From: Escherichia phage vB_EcoM_HZ_ZJUN4
Sequence record: PP216085
Strand: one strand, 5' to 3'
Length of the DNA: 64,000 nt
Part shown: piece by piece, positions 20,423 to 28,827 of the stretch
Numbering within the stretch: the first letter of the stretch is position 1
Layout: every line of letters starts with the position of its first letter
Translations under genes and position numbers: made by a program
Notes under the pieces: model-generated
What the model saw: the letters and a program-made list of their open reading frames with translations, nothing else
Databases searched by the model: none
What the model was told of the DNA's origin: nothing

Positions 20423-20748
20423 TGACAGACACTCAGCTTTTCGAATATCTTTATTTTTCGCCAAAAACTATTAAAAATAAATTGGTGAATCATTTTGAAA
20501 TTTTGGCAAATAACAACGTCTTGAGCGAATTTTATCCTAAGCAATACAAATTACAAAAAGGTGTATTCAAAGGATGCAGAGTTTTGTGCACTGCTCCTAA
20601 TGAAAGATTAATGAATAAAATTCCATATTTTACCATGGAATTTATTGATGGACCTTTTAAAGGACTAATCACCCAAAGTTTAATGGCATATGATTCTGAG
20701 CCATTTTTAATTAAAGAACAATCTTGGATAAATTTATTTTCTAATTGA
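20419..20748 (+). CDS. hypothetical protein, start overlapping the P-loop gene stop (109 aa)
   Basis: ATGATG overlapping the upstream TGA stop. Confidence 0.55.
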   Translation: MMTDTQLFEYLYFSPKTIKNKLVNHFEILANNNVLSEFYPKQYKLQKGVFKGCRVLCTAPNERLMNKIPYFTMEFIDGPFKGLITQSLMAYDSEPFLIKEQSWINLFSN

Positions 20749-20755
20749 GGTTTAT

Positions 20756-21118
20756 ATGAAAGCATATCAAATTCTTGAAGGCACACATAAAGGTACTATT
20801 TATTTTGAAGACGGTATTCAAGCACGAATTATTGTTTCTAAAACCTTTAAAGAGGACTCTTTTGTAGACCCAGAAATTTTCTATGGTTTGCATGCCCGTG
20901 AAATTGAAATTGAAACACAACCTACAGTTAAAATCGAGGGTGGTCAACACCTGAACGTTAACGTTCTGCGTCGTGAAACTCTGGAAGATGCAGTTAAGCA
21001 TCCGGAAAAATATCCGCAACTGACCATCCGTGTATCCGGTTATGCAGTTCGCTTTAACTCTCTGACTCCGGAACAGCAGCGCGACGTTATCGCTCGTACC
21101 TTTACTGAGAGCCTATAA
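20756..21118 (+). CDS. GrcA/YfiD-like autonomous glycyl-radical cofactor (120 aa)
   Basis: C-terminus ...[28 protein letters not shown] carries the RVSGY glycyl-radical signature and closely resembles the PflB C-terminus / E. coli GrcA. Confidence 0.85.
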   Translation: MKAYQILEGTHKGTIYFEDGIQARIIVSKTFKEDSFVDPEIFYGLHAREIEIETQPTVKIEGGQHLNVNVLRRETLEDAVKHPEKYPQLTIRVSGYAVRFNSLTPEQQRDVIARTFTESL

Positions 21119-21339
21119 TGGCAAAGATAATTATTGAAGGTTCTGAAGATGTGTTAAATGCTTTCGCCGAATGGTTTAGTAATTCAGGCGAACAGCAATT
21201 TAACGAAGCGTGGAACATGGGTGATATTAATGGAATTTATCCTACGACAGAAATTTCTGTTCAAGGATATGGCATTAATGAGCCTATTCGTTTAGTTGAA
21301 TATGATTTGGGAACAGGTGAGGAAGTCAAATATGATTGA
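21118..21339 (+). CDS. small acidic protein (73 aa)
   Basis: ORF with ATG overlapping the upstream stop (TAATG). Confidence 0.55.
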   Translation: MAKIIIEGSEDVLNAFAEWFSNSGEQQFNEAWNMGDINGIYPTTEISVQGYGINEPIRLVEYDLGTGEEVKYD

Positions 21340-21598
21340 AGACATTAAAGGTTATAAGCCACATACTGACGATAAAATCAGTAAAGTGAATGCTATCAAA
21401 GACGCTGAAGTTCGTTTAGGACTTATCTTTGATGCTTTATATGATGAATTCTGGGAAGCGCTAGATAATTGTGAAGATGATGAACTCACGAAGAATTACG
21501 CCGAAAGCCTCGATCAGTTAACTATTGCTAAAACGAAACTCAAAGAAGCCAGTATGTGGGCTTGTCGTGCAGTGTTCCAACCAGAGGAAAAATACTAA
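21332..21598 (+). CDS. small helical protein (88 aa), vs-region
   Basis: Internal ATG ([14 protein letters not shown]); acidic helical protein. Confidence 0.55.
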   Translation: MIEDIKGYKPHTDDKISKVNAIKDAEVRLGLIFDALYDEFWEALDNCEDDELTKNYAESLDQLTIAKTKLKEASMWACRAVFQPEEKY

Positions 21599-21876
21599 TG
21601 GCTCAATTAAGCGCAGGGTTTGGTTATGAGTATTATACTGCCCCTCGTCGTGTATCTGTCGCTCCTAAGAAAATTCAAAGTCTTGATGACTTCCAAGAAG
21701 TAGTCCGTAAAGCTTTCCAGGACTACGCATGTTATCTTAAAGAAGATTCACAGGACTGTCTCGAAGAAGATGAAATTGCTTACTATGAGCAGCGTCTTGA
21801 ACAGCTTAAAAACTTACATGAGGTTCGTGCAGAAGTTACAAAGTCTATGAATAAATTGATTAGATTTAAAGAATAA
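21598..21876 (+). CDS. small protein (92 aa), vs-region
   Basis: ATG overlapping upstream stop (TAATG); [18 protein letters not shown]... Confidence 0.55.
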   Translation: MAQLSAGFGYEYYTAPRRVSVAPKKIQSLDDFQEVVRKAFQDYACYLKEDSQDCLEEDEIAYYEQRLEQLKNLHEVRAEVTKSMNKLIRFKE

Positions 21877-21878
21877 CT

Positions 21879-21908
21879 GTTTACTTTTCCTCTTGACTGT
21901 GGTATAAT
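21879..21908 (+). promoter_or_regulatory. early promoter
   Basis: CTGTTTAC ... GTGGTATAAT. Confidence 0.6.
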
Positions 21909-21935
21909 TTTTCTATCAGTTAAGAGGAGAATAAC

Positions 21936-22397
21936 ATGACTATCAACACAGAAGTTTTTATCCGTCGAAATAAACTCCGTCGTCACTTTGAGTCGGAGTT
22001 TCGTCAAATTAACAATGAGATTCGTGAGGCATCAAAAGCAGCAGGAGTCTCATCGTTTCATCTAAAATATTCTCAACATCTTCTTGATCGTGCAATTCAA
22101 CGGGAGATTGATGAGACATATGTTTTTGAATTATTCCATAAAATAAAAGACCATGTTTTAGAAGTTAATGAATTCCTGAGTATGCCTCCACGCCCTGACA
22201 TTGACGAGGATTTTATTGATGGGGTTGAATATCGTCCTGGGCGTTTAGAAATCACTGATGGAAATCTTTGGCTTGGATTTACAGTTTGTAAACCTAATGC
22301 GAAGTTCAAAGACCCGTCACTTCAGTGCAGGATGGCAATTATCAATAGTCGTCGTTTACCAGGAAAGGCTTCTAAAGCAGTAATTAAAACTCAATGA
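21936..22397 (+). CDS. regB: RegB site-specific endoribonuclease (153 aa)
   Basis: 153-aa ORF MTINTEVFIRRNKLRRHFESEF...; size, basic character and position match T4 RegB as I recall it. Confidence 0.8.
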   Translation: MTINTEVFIRRNKLRRHFESEFRQINNEIREASKAAGVSSFHLKYSQHLLDRAIQREIDETYVFELFHKIKDHVLEVNEFLSMPPRPDIDEDFIDGVEYRPGRLEITDGNLWLGFTVCKPNAKFKDPSLQCRMAIINSRRLPGKASKAVIKTQ

Positions 22398-22404
22398 GGT
22401 AAGC

Positions 22405-22950
22405 ATGAGAAAAGCACTACTCGCTGGTCTATTGGCCATTTCAATGATGGCACATAGCTCCGAGCATACTTTCAGTAATGTCCAACTCGATAACATGCGT
22501 TACGCGTATCAATTCGGGGAACAATTTTCTAAGGATGGAAAATATAAAACACATAAAAATATCCACAAGAGCGGATTAGGTCATATAATGGCTGCTATTT
22601 TATGGCAAGAAAGCTCTGCCGGAGTTAATTTAAAATCTAAACCAAAGCATCATGCCTACGGAATGTTCCAAAATTATTTGCCAACTATGCGAGCAAGAGT
22701 TAAGGAACTTGGTTATAATATGACCGATGCCGAAATAAAAAGAATGTTGAATAAACGGTCCAATTCAGCTTCCTGGGCGTACATTGAACTTTCTTATTGG
22801 TTAAATATACATAAGGGCGATATAAGAAAGGCAATATCCTCTTATAATTCGGGATGGAATGTTAAAGCAGGTTCTAAATATGCTTCTGAAGTCCTAGAAA
22901 AGGCTAACTACCTTAAAAATAATAAACTACTGGAAATAGTAAATGACTAA
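22405..22950 (+). CDS. secreted lytic transglycosylase-like protein (181 aa)
   Basis: Signal peptide MRKALLAGLLAISMMAHS; SLT-like motifs AILWQESSAG and HAYGMFQ. Confidence 0.65.
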   Translation: MRKALLAGLLAISMMAHSSEHTFSNVQLDNMRYAYQFGEQFSKDGKYKTHKNIHKSGLGHIMAAILWQESSAGVNLKSKPKHHAYGMFQNYLPTMRARVKELGYNMTDAEIKRMLNKRSNSASWAYIELSYWLNIHKGDIRKAISSYNSGWNVKAGSKYASEVLEKANYLKNNKLLEIVND

Positions 22951-23284
22951 AATTTTGGTTTTATGTGTAGGATTAATTTCATTTTCTGCGTTAGCAAATA
23001 CATCATACACTGAAATTAGAGAGTATGCAAACCGTACTGCCGCGGATTATTGTGGGAAAAATAAAGCATGCCAAGCTGAATTTGCACAGAAATTAATATA
23101 TGCATATAAAGACGGAGAAAGAGATAAATCAAGCAGATATAAAAATGATACTTTATTAAAACGATATGCTAAAAAGTGGAATACCTTAGAATGTTCAGTT
23201 GCGGAGGAGAAAGATAAAGCCGCTTGTCATTCAATGGTTGACCGTTTGGTAGATTCTTATAATCGAGGATTGAGTACTAGATGA
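22943..23284 (+). CDS. secreted small protein (113 aa), possibly vs
   Basis: Signal peptide MTKILVLCVGLISFSALA; four Cys; size near T4 Vs (115 aa) but identity unverified. Confidence 0.5.
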   Translation: MTKILVLCVGLISFSALANTSYTEIREYANRTAADYCGKNKACQAEFAQKLIYAYKDGERDKSSRYKNDTLLKRYAKKWNTLECSVAEEKDKAACHSMVDRLVDSYNRGLSTR

Positions 23285-23760
23285 TTGTAAAATATATCAA
23301 GGGCGATATTGTCGCCCTATTTCTTCAAGGTAATATTATTGCGCACGGATGCAACTGCTTCCACACAATGGGCTCTGGTGTAGCGGGTCAATTAGCAAGA
23401 GCCTATCCTAAAATTTTAGAAATAGATAAAACCACTACCGAATACGGTTCTCGTGATAAATTAGGCGATATGTCTATTGTTTTTAAGCATAGCCCTACGG
23501 GATTTGGTATATGCTATAACCTGTATACACAATACGAACCGGGTCCTAATCTTGATTATGGTGCTTTAGTAAATTGCATGATAGAATTAAATCTACAGGC
23601 AGAAACCCTTTTGTTTAAACCAGTAATTTACATTCCACGCATAGGTTGCGGTATTGCTGGAGGCGATTGGGATAAGGTTTCTAAATTAATCGACATGTTT
23701 ACTCCTGATATTGATTTAATAGTGGTGGATTATGAAAGTACATTACCCGCATCCGTTTGA
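23281..23760 (+). CDS. macrodomain protein (159 aa)
   Basis: GDIVALF...IIAHGCNCFHTMGSGVAGQL and later IPRIGCGIAGG match the macrodomain ADP-ribose-binding signature pattern. Confidence 0.7.
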   Translation: MIVKYIKGDIVALFLQGNIIAHGCNCFHTMGSGVAGQLARAYPKILEIDKTTTEYGSRDKLGDMSIVFKHSPTGFGICYNLYTQYEPGPNLDYGALVNCMIELNLQAETLLFKPVIYIPRIGCGIAGGDWDKVSKLIDMFTPDIDLIVVDYESTLPASV

Positions 23761-23944
23761 CCCTAAAAATAAAGCGGAAATTATTCGTCAATGGGAACGC
23801 ATTTGCCGTACTAAATGCCCAATTAATAGTCCACATGATGTAGATAAAGACTACATCGGAACATTCGTTGAATATACCTTTATTGATAAGAAAGGTCGTA
23901 AACAACATGTAGAAGAATATTGCTTAAAGGTTACATGGTTATGA
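23732..23944 (+). CDS. hypothetical protein (70 aa)
   Basis: ORF overlapping the macrodomain gene end; Cys-containing. Confidence 0.45.
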   Translation: MKVHYPHPFDPKNKAEIIRQWERICRTKCPINSPHDVDKDYIGTFVEYTFIDKKGRKQHVEEYCLKVTWL

Positions 23945-24126
23945 GTTTAAGTAAAGAACAAAAAGACAGACTGTTTTCTCTTATTCACGAAGTTATTGAT
24001 AAAAATAGTGAATTGGAAAAAGTTTGCGATGAATGCGGTCCTTTTAATACCGACGAATACGAAGAACTGTGTAAAGATTTCGACGATAAAGAACAAGAAC
24101 TTATTGATTATATAAATTCCTTATGA
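23941..24126 (+). CDS. small acidic helical protein (61 aa)
   Basis: ATG overlapping upstream stop; member of a small paralogous family. Confidence 0.55.
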   Translation: MSLSKEQKDRLFSLIHEVIDKNSELEKVCDECGPFNTDEYEELCKDFDDKEQELIDYINSL

Positions 24127-24311
24127 TTACTCGCGAACAAAAGAATGAAATACGATTTTTAATCAGCGAAATTATTAGTTTAGAACGAGATTTATCTTTT
24201 GAATTGGCTTCGGATTATGGAGATGCTGAAACATACTACGAATTAGTAAAATCTATCGATAAAGCTGAAAATGATTTAGAAACATATTTAGAAAATTTAA
24301 CTAAGGACTAA
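24123..24311 (+). CDS. small acidic helical protein (62 aa)
   Basis: Paralogue of the preceding ORF (similar length, EQK...L(I/V)SEII pattern). Confidence 0.55.
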   Translation: MITREQKNEIRFLISEIISLERDLSFELASDYGDAETYYELVKSIDKAENDLETYLENLTKD

Positions 24312-24312
24312 G

Positions 24313-24894
24313 ATGGCGAGTTTAATTTTTACTTATGCAGCAATGAATGCTGGAAAATCTGCTTCTCTTTTGACTGCTGCGCATAATTATAAAGAACGCG
24401 GAATGAGTGTATTAGTTCTTAAGCCTGCTATTGATACTCGCGATTCTGTTTGTGAAGTCGTTTCTCGCATTGGAATTAAGCAGGAAGCGAATATTATTAC
24501 GGATGATATGGATATTTTTGAGTTCTATAAATGGGCTGAAGCACAAAAAGATATTCATTGCGTATTTGTAGATGAAGCACAGTTTTTAAAAACTGAACAG
24601 GTGCATCAATTAAGCCGAATTGTCGATACATATAATGTTCCTGTTATGGCTTATGGTCTAAGGACTGATTTCGCTGGAAAATTATTTGAAGGTTCTAAGG
24701 AACTTTTGGCGATTGCAGATAAACTTATTGAACTGAAGGCAGTTTGTCATTGCGGTAAAAAAGCGATTATGACAGCTCGATTAATGGAAGATGGAACACC
24801 AGTTAAAGAAGGTAATCAAATCTGTATTGGTGATGAAATTTATGTTTCTTTGTGTAGAAAACATTGGAATGAATTAACTAAAAAGCTTGGTTAG
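24313..24894 (+). CDS. tk: thymidine kinase (193 aa)
   Basis: P-loop YAAMNAGKSASLL, Zn-binding Cys pairs near C-terminus; 193 aa as in T4 Tk. Confidence 0.93.
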   Translation: MASLIFTYAAMNAGKSASLLTAAHNYKERGMSVLVLKPAIDTRDSVCEVVSRIGIKQEANIITDDMDIFEFYKWAEAQKDIHCVFVDEAQFLKTEQVHQLSRIVDTYNVPVMAYGLRTDFAGKLFEGSKELLAIADKLIELKAVCHCGKKAIMTARLMEDGTPVKEGNQICIGDEIYVSLCRKHWNELTKKLG

Positions 24895-24903
24895 TCCAAA
24901 AGT

Positions 24904-24911
24904 TATAAATA
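24904..24911 (+). promoter_or_regulatory. late promoter TATAAATA upstream of rI region
   Basis: Exact TATAAATA 25 nt upstream of the ATG at 24937. Confidence 0.55.
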
Positions 24912-24936
24912 GGTTTATCTAACTAAAGGGGTATAT

Positions 24937-25149
24937 ATGCTACAATTAACTGAAAAGCAACTTCGCAATCTTACTGTGCTTCAATTAGATGAAATTCGTA
25001 GGGAAGTTGGAAATATCATTTCAGCTTTGCGTCGAGAAGTATCGCTCAACCAATCTCCGGCAGACTATACTAGATTGCGAAATTTTGAAAAATACCTTGA
25101 TAAAGTTAAGGCCGTGCACCGGCATAAAGTAAATACAGGACAAAAATGA
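24937..25149 (+). CDS. hypothetical protein (70 aa), rI.-1 position
   Basis: ORF between tk and rI with ribosome-binding site AAAGGGG. Confidence 0.6.
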
Positions 25150-25161
25150 TAGGAGGCCTTT

Positions 25162-25455
25162 ATGGCCTTAAAAGCAACGGCACTATTCGCCATGCTAGGA
25201 TTAGCGTTTGTTTTATCTCCGCCGATTGAAGCGAATGTCGATCCTCATTTTGATAAATTTATGGAATCTGGTATTAGGCACGTTTATACACTTTTTGAAA
25301 ATAAAAGCGTAGAATCGTCTGAACAATTCTATAGTTTTATGAGAACGACCTATAAAAATGACCCGTGCTCTTCTGATTTTGAATGTATAGAGCGAGGCGC
25401 GGAGATGGCACAATCATACGCTAGAATTATGAACATTAAATTGGAGACTGAATGA
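25162..25455 (+). CDS. rI: lysis inhibition regulator RI (97 aa)
   Basis: 97-aa protein with N-terminal signal-anchor MALKATALFAMLGLAFVLSPPIEA; matches T4 RI size and sequence as recalled. Confidence 0.85.
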   Translation: MALKATALFAMLGLAFVLSPPIEANVDPHFDKFMESGIRHVYTLFENKSVESSEQFYSFMRTTYKNDPCSSDFECIERGAEMAQSYARIMNIKLETE

Positions 25456-25838
25456 AATTCAGCGACTTTTCACAAAGTGGAAAACCTTCAAAGGCAGATG
25501 AATACTTAGGTTTATTAATGGCTGCACAAGCTTATTTTCATTCTGCACATTTTGAAACTAAAAGTTATGCTAGACACAAAGCATACGATTTTATTTTTTC
25601 CGAGTTGCCAGATTTGATTGATAAATTTGGTGAGCAATATTTGGGGTATTCTGGTAGAAAATACACACCTTCAATTCCAGATGCTAGTAAACTTCCTACA
25701 GACACAATTAAAATGATTGATCGTATACTAGACCAATCTAACATCATTTACAAAGAAATGCCTCCAGCCATTCAAAGCACGATAGATGATATTACTGGAA
25801 TGTTTTATCAAAGTAAATATCTTCTTTCCCTAGAATAA
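25452..25838 (+). CDS. hypothetical protein (128 aa), rI.1 position
   Basis: ORF overlapping the rI stop (TGAATG). Confidence 0.6.
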   Translation: MKFSDFSQSGKPSKADEYLGLLMAAQAYFHSAHFETKSYARHKAYDFIFSELPDLIDKFGEQYLGYSGRKYTPSIPDASKLPTDTIKMIDRILDQSNIIYKEMPPAIQSTIDDITGMFYQSKYLLSLE

Positions 25839-25842
25839 CATT

Positions 25843-25866
25843 AGTCTCCTTCGGGAGACTTTTTTC
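25843..25866 (+). terminator. intrinsic terminator (AGTCTCC-TTCG-GGAGACT + TTTTTT)
   Basis: Perfect hairpin with UUCG loop and T-tract. Confidence 0.75.
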
Positions 25867-25875
25867 ATTTTACCG

Positions 25876-25905
25876 GTTTACTTTCCATTTGAGCTGTGAT
25901 ACTAT
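25876..25905 (+). promoter_or_regulatory. early promoter
   Basis: CGGTTTAC ... TGATACTATAC followed by conserved leader. Confidence 0.6.
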
Positions 25906-25933
25906 ACAACTATCGGATAAAGAGGAGAACATC

Positions 25934-26122
25934 ATGAAAATTGAAGCACTTAATCAAGAAGGAAATATCTACGTCATCATTAATGGTGATTTTTTCGTCG
26001 ACATGGATGAAGTTACTAGTGAAGAACTTGAAGAACTTCTTAAGAAACGTTATGATATGTGTGATGAAGCTGCAACTCATATGGCGTGTGCAATATTCTC
26101 TCTTTCATATGTGGTGGAATAA
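25934..26122 (+). CDS. small acidic protein (62 aa)
   Basis: ATG after GAGGAGAA ribosome-binding site downstream of the promoter; the track's longer ORF starts upstream of the promoter. Confidence 0.55.
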   Translation: MKIEALNQEGNIYVIINGDFFVDMDEVTSEELEELLKKRYDMCDEAATHMACAIFSLSYVVE

Positions 26123-26325
26123 TGATTAGTATCGAACAAGCAGATAAAATTAAAGAATTGGTAGCTTTAATTCGCAAAGCAGATGAGGAACTTAGTGACT
26201 TTGCTTGGTTTTCGGCAGGCATTGCAAATAAAGGTATTGAAGAATTTGAAGCTAAAGTTGATAATGCTGTAGAAGCTTTAGATATGTTTCTTGATGAAAT
26301 TATCGATCACAATACGAGAGTTTAA
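26122..26325 (+). CDS. small helical protein (67 aa)
   Basis: ATG overlapping the upstream stop; EQ..KI.ELV pattern shared with neighbours. Confidence 0.5.
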   Translation: MISIEQADKIKELVALIRKADEELSDFAWFSAGIANKGIEEFEAKVDNAVEALDMFLDEIIDHNTRV

Positions 26326-26327
26326 GT

Positions 26328-26522
26328 ATGCTGACACACGAACAGTTTGAAAAAATCATTAAATTAGCACGTGATGTTGAAATAGATTCATATCAATTAG
26401 CAGTTGAGCATTGTGAAGGATATTCATACGAAGGTATAGCAGCAGCTAAAAGAGATTTGGATAAATCTAAAGCTAAGTTAGTTCAATATCTTGAAATGAT
26501 TAGGTGGAATAATGAAAACTGA
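26328..26522 (+). CDS. small helical protein (64 aa)
   Basis: MLTHEQFEKIIKLARDVEID...; paralogous pattern. Confidence 0.5.
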   Translation: MLTHEQFEKIIKLARDVEIDSYQLAVEHCEGYSYEGIAAAKRDLDKSKAKLVQYLEMIRWNNEN

Positions 26523-26685
26523 AAAGCAGATGTTTTTAATGAAGCTAATTGAAGAATATGCTAATGCAGTTTCTGACTATGAGTGTTCTTCTCGTGAAAG
26601 GGGTATAGCTTTCGCAAAAGAAGAAATGAAAATCATGGTTGATGCTCACACAAAGCTTCAGAATTTTATTGAAAACGTCATTTAA
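26512..26685 (+). CDS. small helical protein (57 aa, not in ORF track)
   Basis: ATG overlapping the upstream stop; MKTEKQMFLMKLIEEYANAV...; same family pattern. Confidence 0.45.
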   Translation: MKTEKQMFLMKLIEEYANAVSDYECSSRERGIAFAKEEMKIMVDAHTKLQNFIENVI

Positions 26686-26687
26686 CG

Positions 26688-26717
26688 GTTTACAAGTTGG
26701 CAAGGTTATGGTATAGT
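26688..26717 (+). promoter_or_regulatory. early promoter
   Basis: CGGTTTACAAG ... GGTATAGTAAT. Confidence 0.6.
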
Positions 26718-26849
26718 AATCTTGTCAACTGCTAAGGAGAAGAGAATGAAAATTTTGTTTGTTGTGTATGTGATGATTCAATATAATTACCCAATGTTTA
26801 CTTATAATCTGGTGAACAACATTATTGATATTATTCAAAGGAGCATGTA

Positions 26850-27035
26850 ATGACAAGTGAGCAGGCTTTTAAATTAAGAGAATTAATTGAGATGTATAGT
26901 AAAGCTGTTCATGCATCAACAGTTATTGATGAATCAGCTTTCTCCGGACATGCTAATAAGATTAAATACAAAACTCTTATGGAAGAAGCTAAAGTAAATC
27001 TTGATTCTTATATTGAAACTTTAATTGGTGAATAA
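26850..27035 (+). CDS. small helical protein (61 aa)
   Basis: MTSEQAFKLRELIEMYSKAV...; same small paralogous family. Confidence 0.55.
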   Translation: MTSEQAFKLRELIEMYSKAVHASTVIDESAFSGHANKIKYKTLMEEAKVNLDSYIETLIGE

Positions 27036-27036
27036 C

Positions 27037-27303
27037 ATGAGCTTTCCTAAATTAGAAGTAGGCGATTTAGTCTTAACAAAATTGTGGAATGATGCTCAAT
27101 CAGTAGAAATCTGTCAATATCGTGGAGCAACAGGTAATTTGATGTACACGATTTATAACCCAGAAATTTTGTTAGAGTGTCATTTGGAACGCTTTATAAA
27201 AGACACCGATAGTATGCCTTATAGTGTATCGATTGTACGTAAATCTGATACAAAGGAATACTCTAAAATTTTAGAACAAATTCATGCCAATAAAAAGGAT
27301 TAA
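27037..27303 (+). CDS. hypothetical protein (88 aa)
   Basis: ATG directly after the upstream stop. Confidence 0.55.
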   Translation: MSFPKLEVGDLVLTKLWNDAQSVEICQYRGATGNLMYTIYNPEILLECHLERFIKDTDSMPYSVSIVRKSDTKEYSKILEQIHANKKD

Positions 27304-27304
27304 T

Positions 27305-27835
27305 ATGAAACGATTAGTACTAGAAGTTAGTTCACTTTTTGGTGAATTGGCTATAGAAAAAGTAAATAATATGTATCGTTTGACGCAAGAAGACGATATG
27401 CTATATTTTACGCCTAGCGAAATTATTCATTTAACCCAAATTGAAAAACCTTACACTGATAAAATTGTAAGCATTAATGATGAGCATAAAATTCATTTTT
27501 ATTCTTTATGCCCAGGATTTAATATTGAAAGCGAGTCAATATGCTTATCAATTAATAATTGGGATAATTTTATAGCTAAGATTAAATATTTCTATTATTC
27601 TAATGAAAGAAAACATGGTTTAAAATGGTTTAAAAATTGCAATGCTATTATTACTAACGCTTGTAATCAAAATTATGAAACTGTTTTAAATGTATCAAAA
27701 TGCTATGAAGAGGGAGATGTCTTAACTATTCGTCAATCGGTAAATGATGTTAATGTTGTTGTATTAAACAAAGAAGAAGCTGTTTTATTAAAGACTTATC
27801 TTGATTCTGTCATTCCAACTATGATTTCAAAGTGA
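27305..27835 (+). CDS. hypothetical protein, paralogue A (176 aa)
   Basis: ATG after upstream stop; shares GFNIE(S/D)E and C-terminal YL..V.P.M motifs with the next ORF. Confidence 0.6.
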   Translation: MKRLVLEVSSLFGELAIEKVNNMYRLTQEDDMLYFTPSEIIHLTQIEKPYTDKIVSINDEHKIHFYSLCPGFNIESESICLSINNWDNFIAKIKYFYYSNERKHGLKWFKNCNAIITNACNQNYETVLNVSKCYEEGDVLTIRQSVNDVNVVVLNKEEAVLLKTYLDSVIPTMISK

Positions 27836-27841
27836 GGAAAT

Positions 27842-28363
27842 ATGTTTATTTCAAGTGGAAGTGGTTTAATTCGTGTTGAATTTAAAAATGACATCTTTCT
27901 TATTCAAGGAGATGATATTATTAAAATGAGTTATGACGAAATCAAGAAAATTTGTCATGCTCTTGAAAGTCATGGAAAAGTGAACGCTGTTATTGATATT
28001 GGCGATTTATGGGTGACACTTTATGAAGTATCCGAAGGATTTAACATTGAAGATGAAAATAACATTTTAGCTATTGATAAAAGAAGTGATTTGTTTGATG
28101 TATTAAAAATTTATGAACAGCCAAATGGCGGAAGAAAAGCTGTATTGATTTATCAAAAACCGCATTCATGCGGAACTGCTTCAATCATTTCAAATATTGA
28201 AGATGAAACTGATACTTATATGTGTGTTTTAAAAGCTGGTGGTGATCGTCATCCGGATTTTATTTCTATTCGTCAAAACAATGAAGAAATTTCATTATCA
28301 AAATCAGAAGCTGAAGCTATGATTAAGTATTTAACAACTGTTACACCTTCAATGAAAGGATAG
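27842..28363 (+). CDS. hypothetical protein, paralogue B (173 aa)
   Basis: Similar length and shared motifs with 27305-27835. Confidence 0.6.
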   Translation: MFISSGSGLIRVEFKNDIFLIQGDDIIKMSYDEIKKICHALESHGKVNAVIDIGDLWVTLYEVSEGFNIEDENNILAIDKRSDLFDVLKIYEQPNGGRKAVLIYQKPHSCGTASIISNIEDETDTYMCVLKAGGDRHPDFISIRQNNEEISLSKSEAEAMIKYLTTVTPSMKG

Positions 28364-28365
28364 TT

Positions 28366-28827
28366 ATGATTATTAATGAAAGCTCTTGGCACTATAAATT
28401 ATTCAAAATGTTTAATGATGAATGGAAACGACCTAAGACACTGTGCGCGTATTTTTGGTCTATTGTTATTCCTACATTTTTCGTTTCTTTTTTCGGATGT
28501 ACTATACTCGCAGGTCTAACTATCATCTGCGCAGAAATCATACAGAAATGGCTTATTTTTGGTAGTTTATGGACTCTTATTCCATCAGCATTTATACTTG
28601 CCATTTTGCTTGTTTTACTTATTATCGGTTCATTTGTTATTCCTGCACATTTGCGTGAAAAATATAAAGATTATAAATGGAAAAAGGATTATGCTTTACA
28701 TGTAGAAAATATTGATAGGGCGTATAAAGGTTTACCTCCTATTCAACCCAAGAAATCTATTATCGTCAAATTTTTAAAAGCCCGTAAAGCTAAAGTATGT
28801 CCTGTTATTGAATATAAGGCTGAATGA
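28366..28827 (+). CDS. membrane protein (153 aa)
   Basis: Three predicted transmembrane segments. Confidence 0.6.
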   Translation: MIINESSWHYKLFKMFNDEWKRPKTLCAYFWSIVIPTFFVSFFGCTILAGLTIICAEIIQKWLIFGSLWTLIPSAFILAILLVLLIIGSFVIPAHLREKYKDYKWKKDYALHVENIDRAYKGLPPIQPKKSIIVKFLKARKAKVCPVIEYKAE

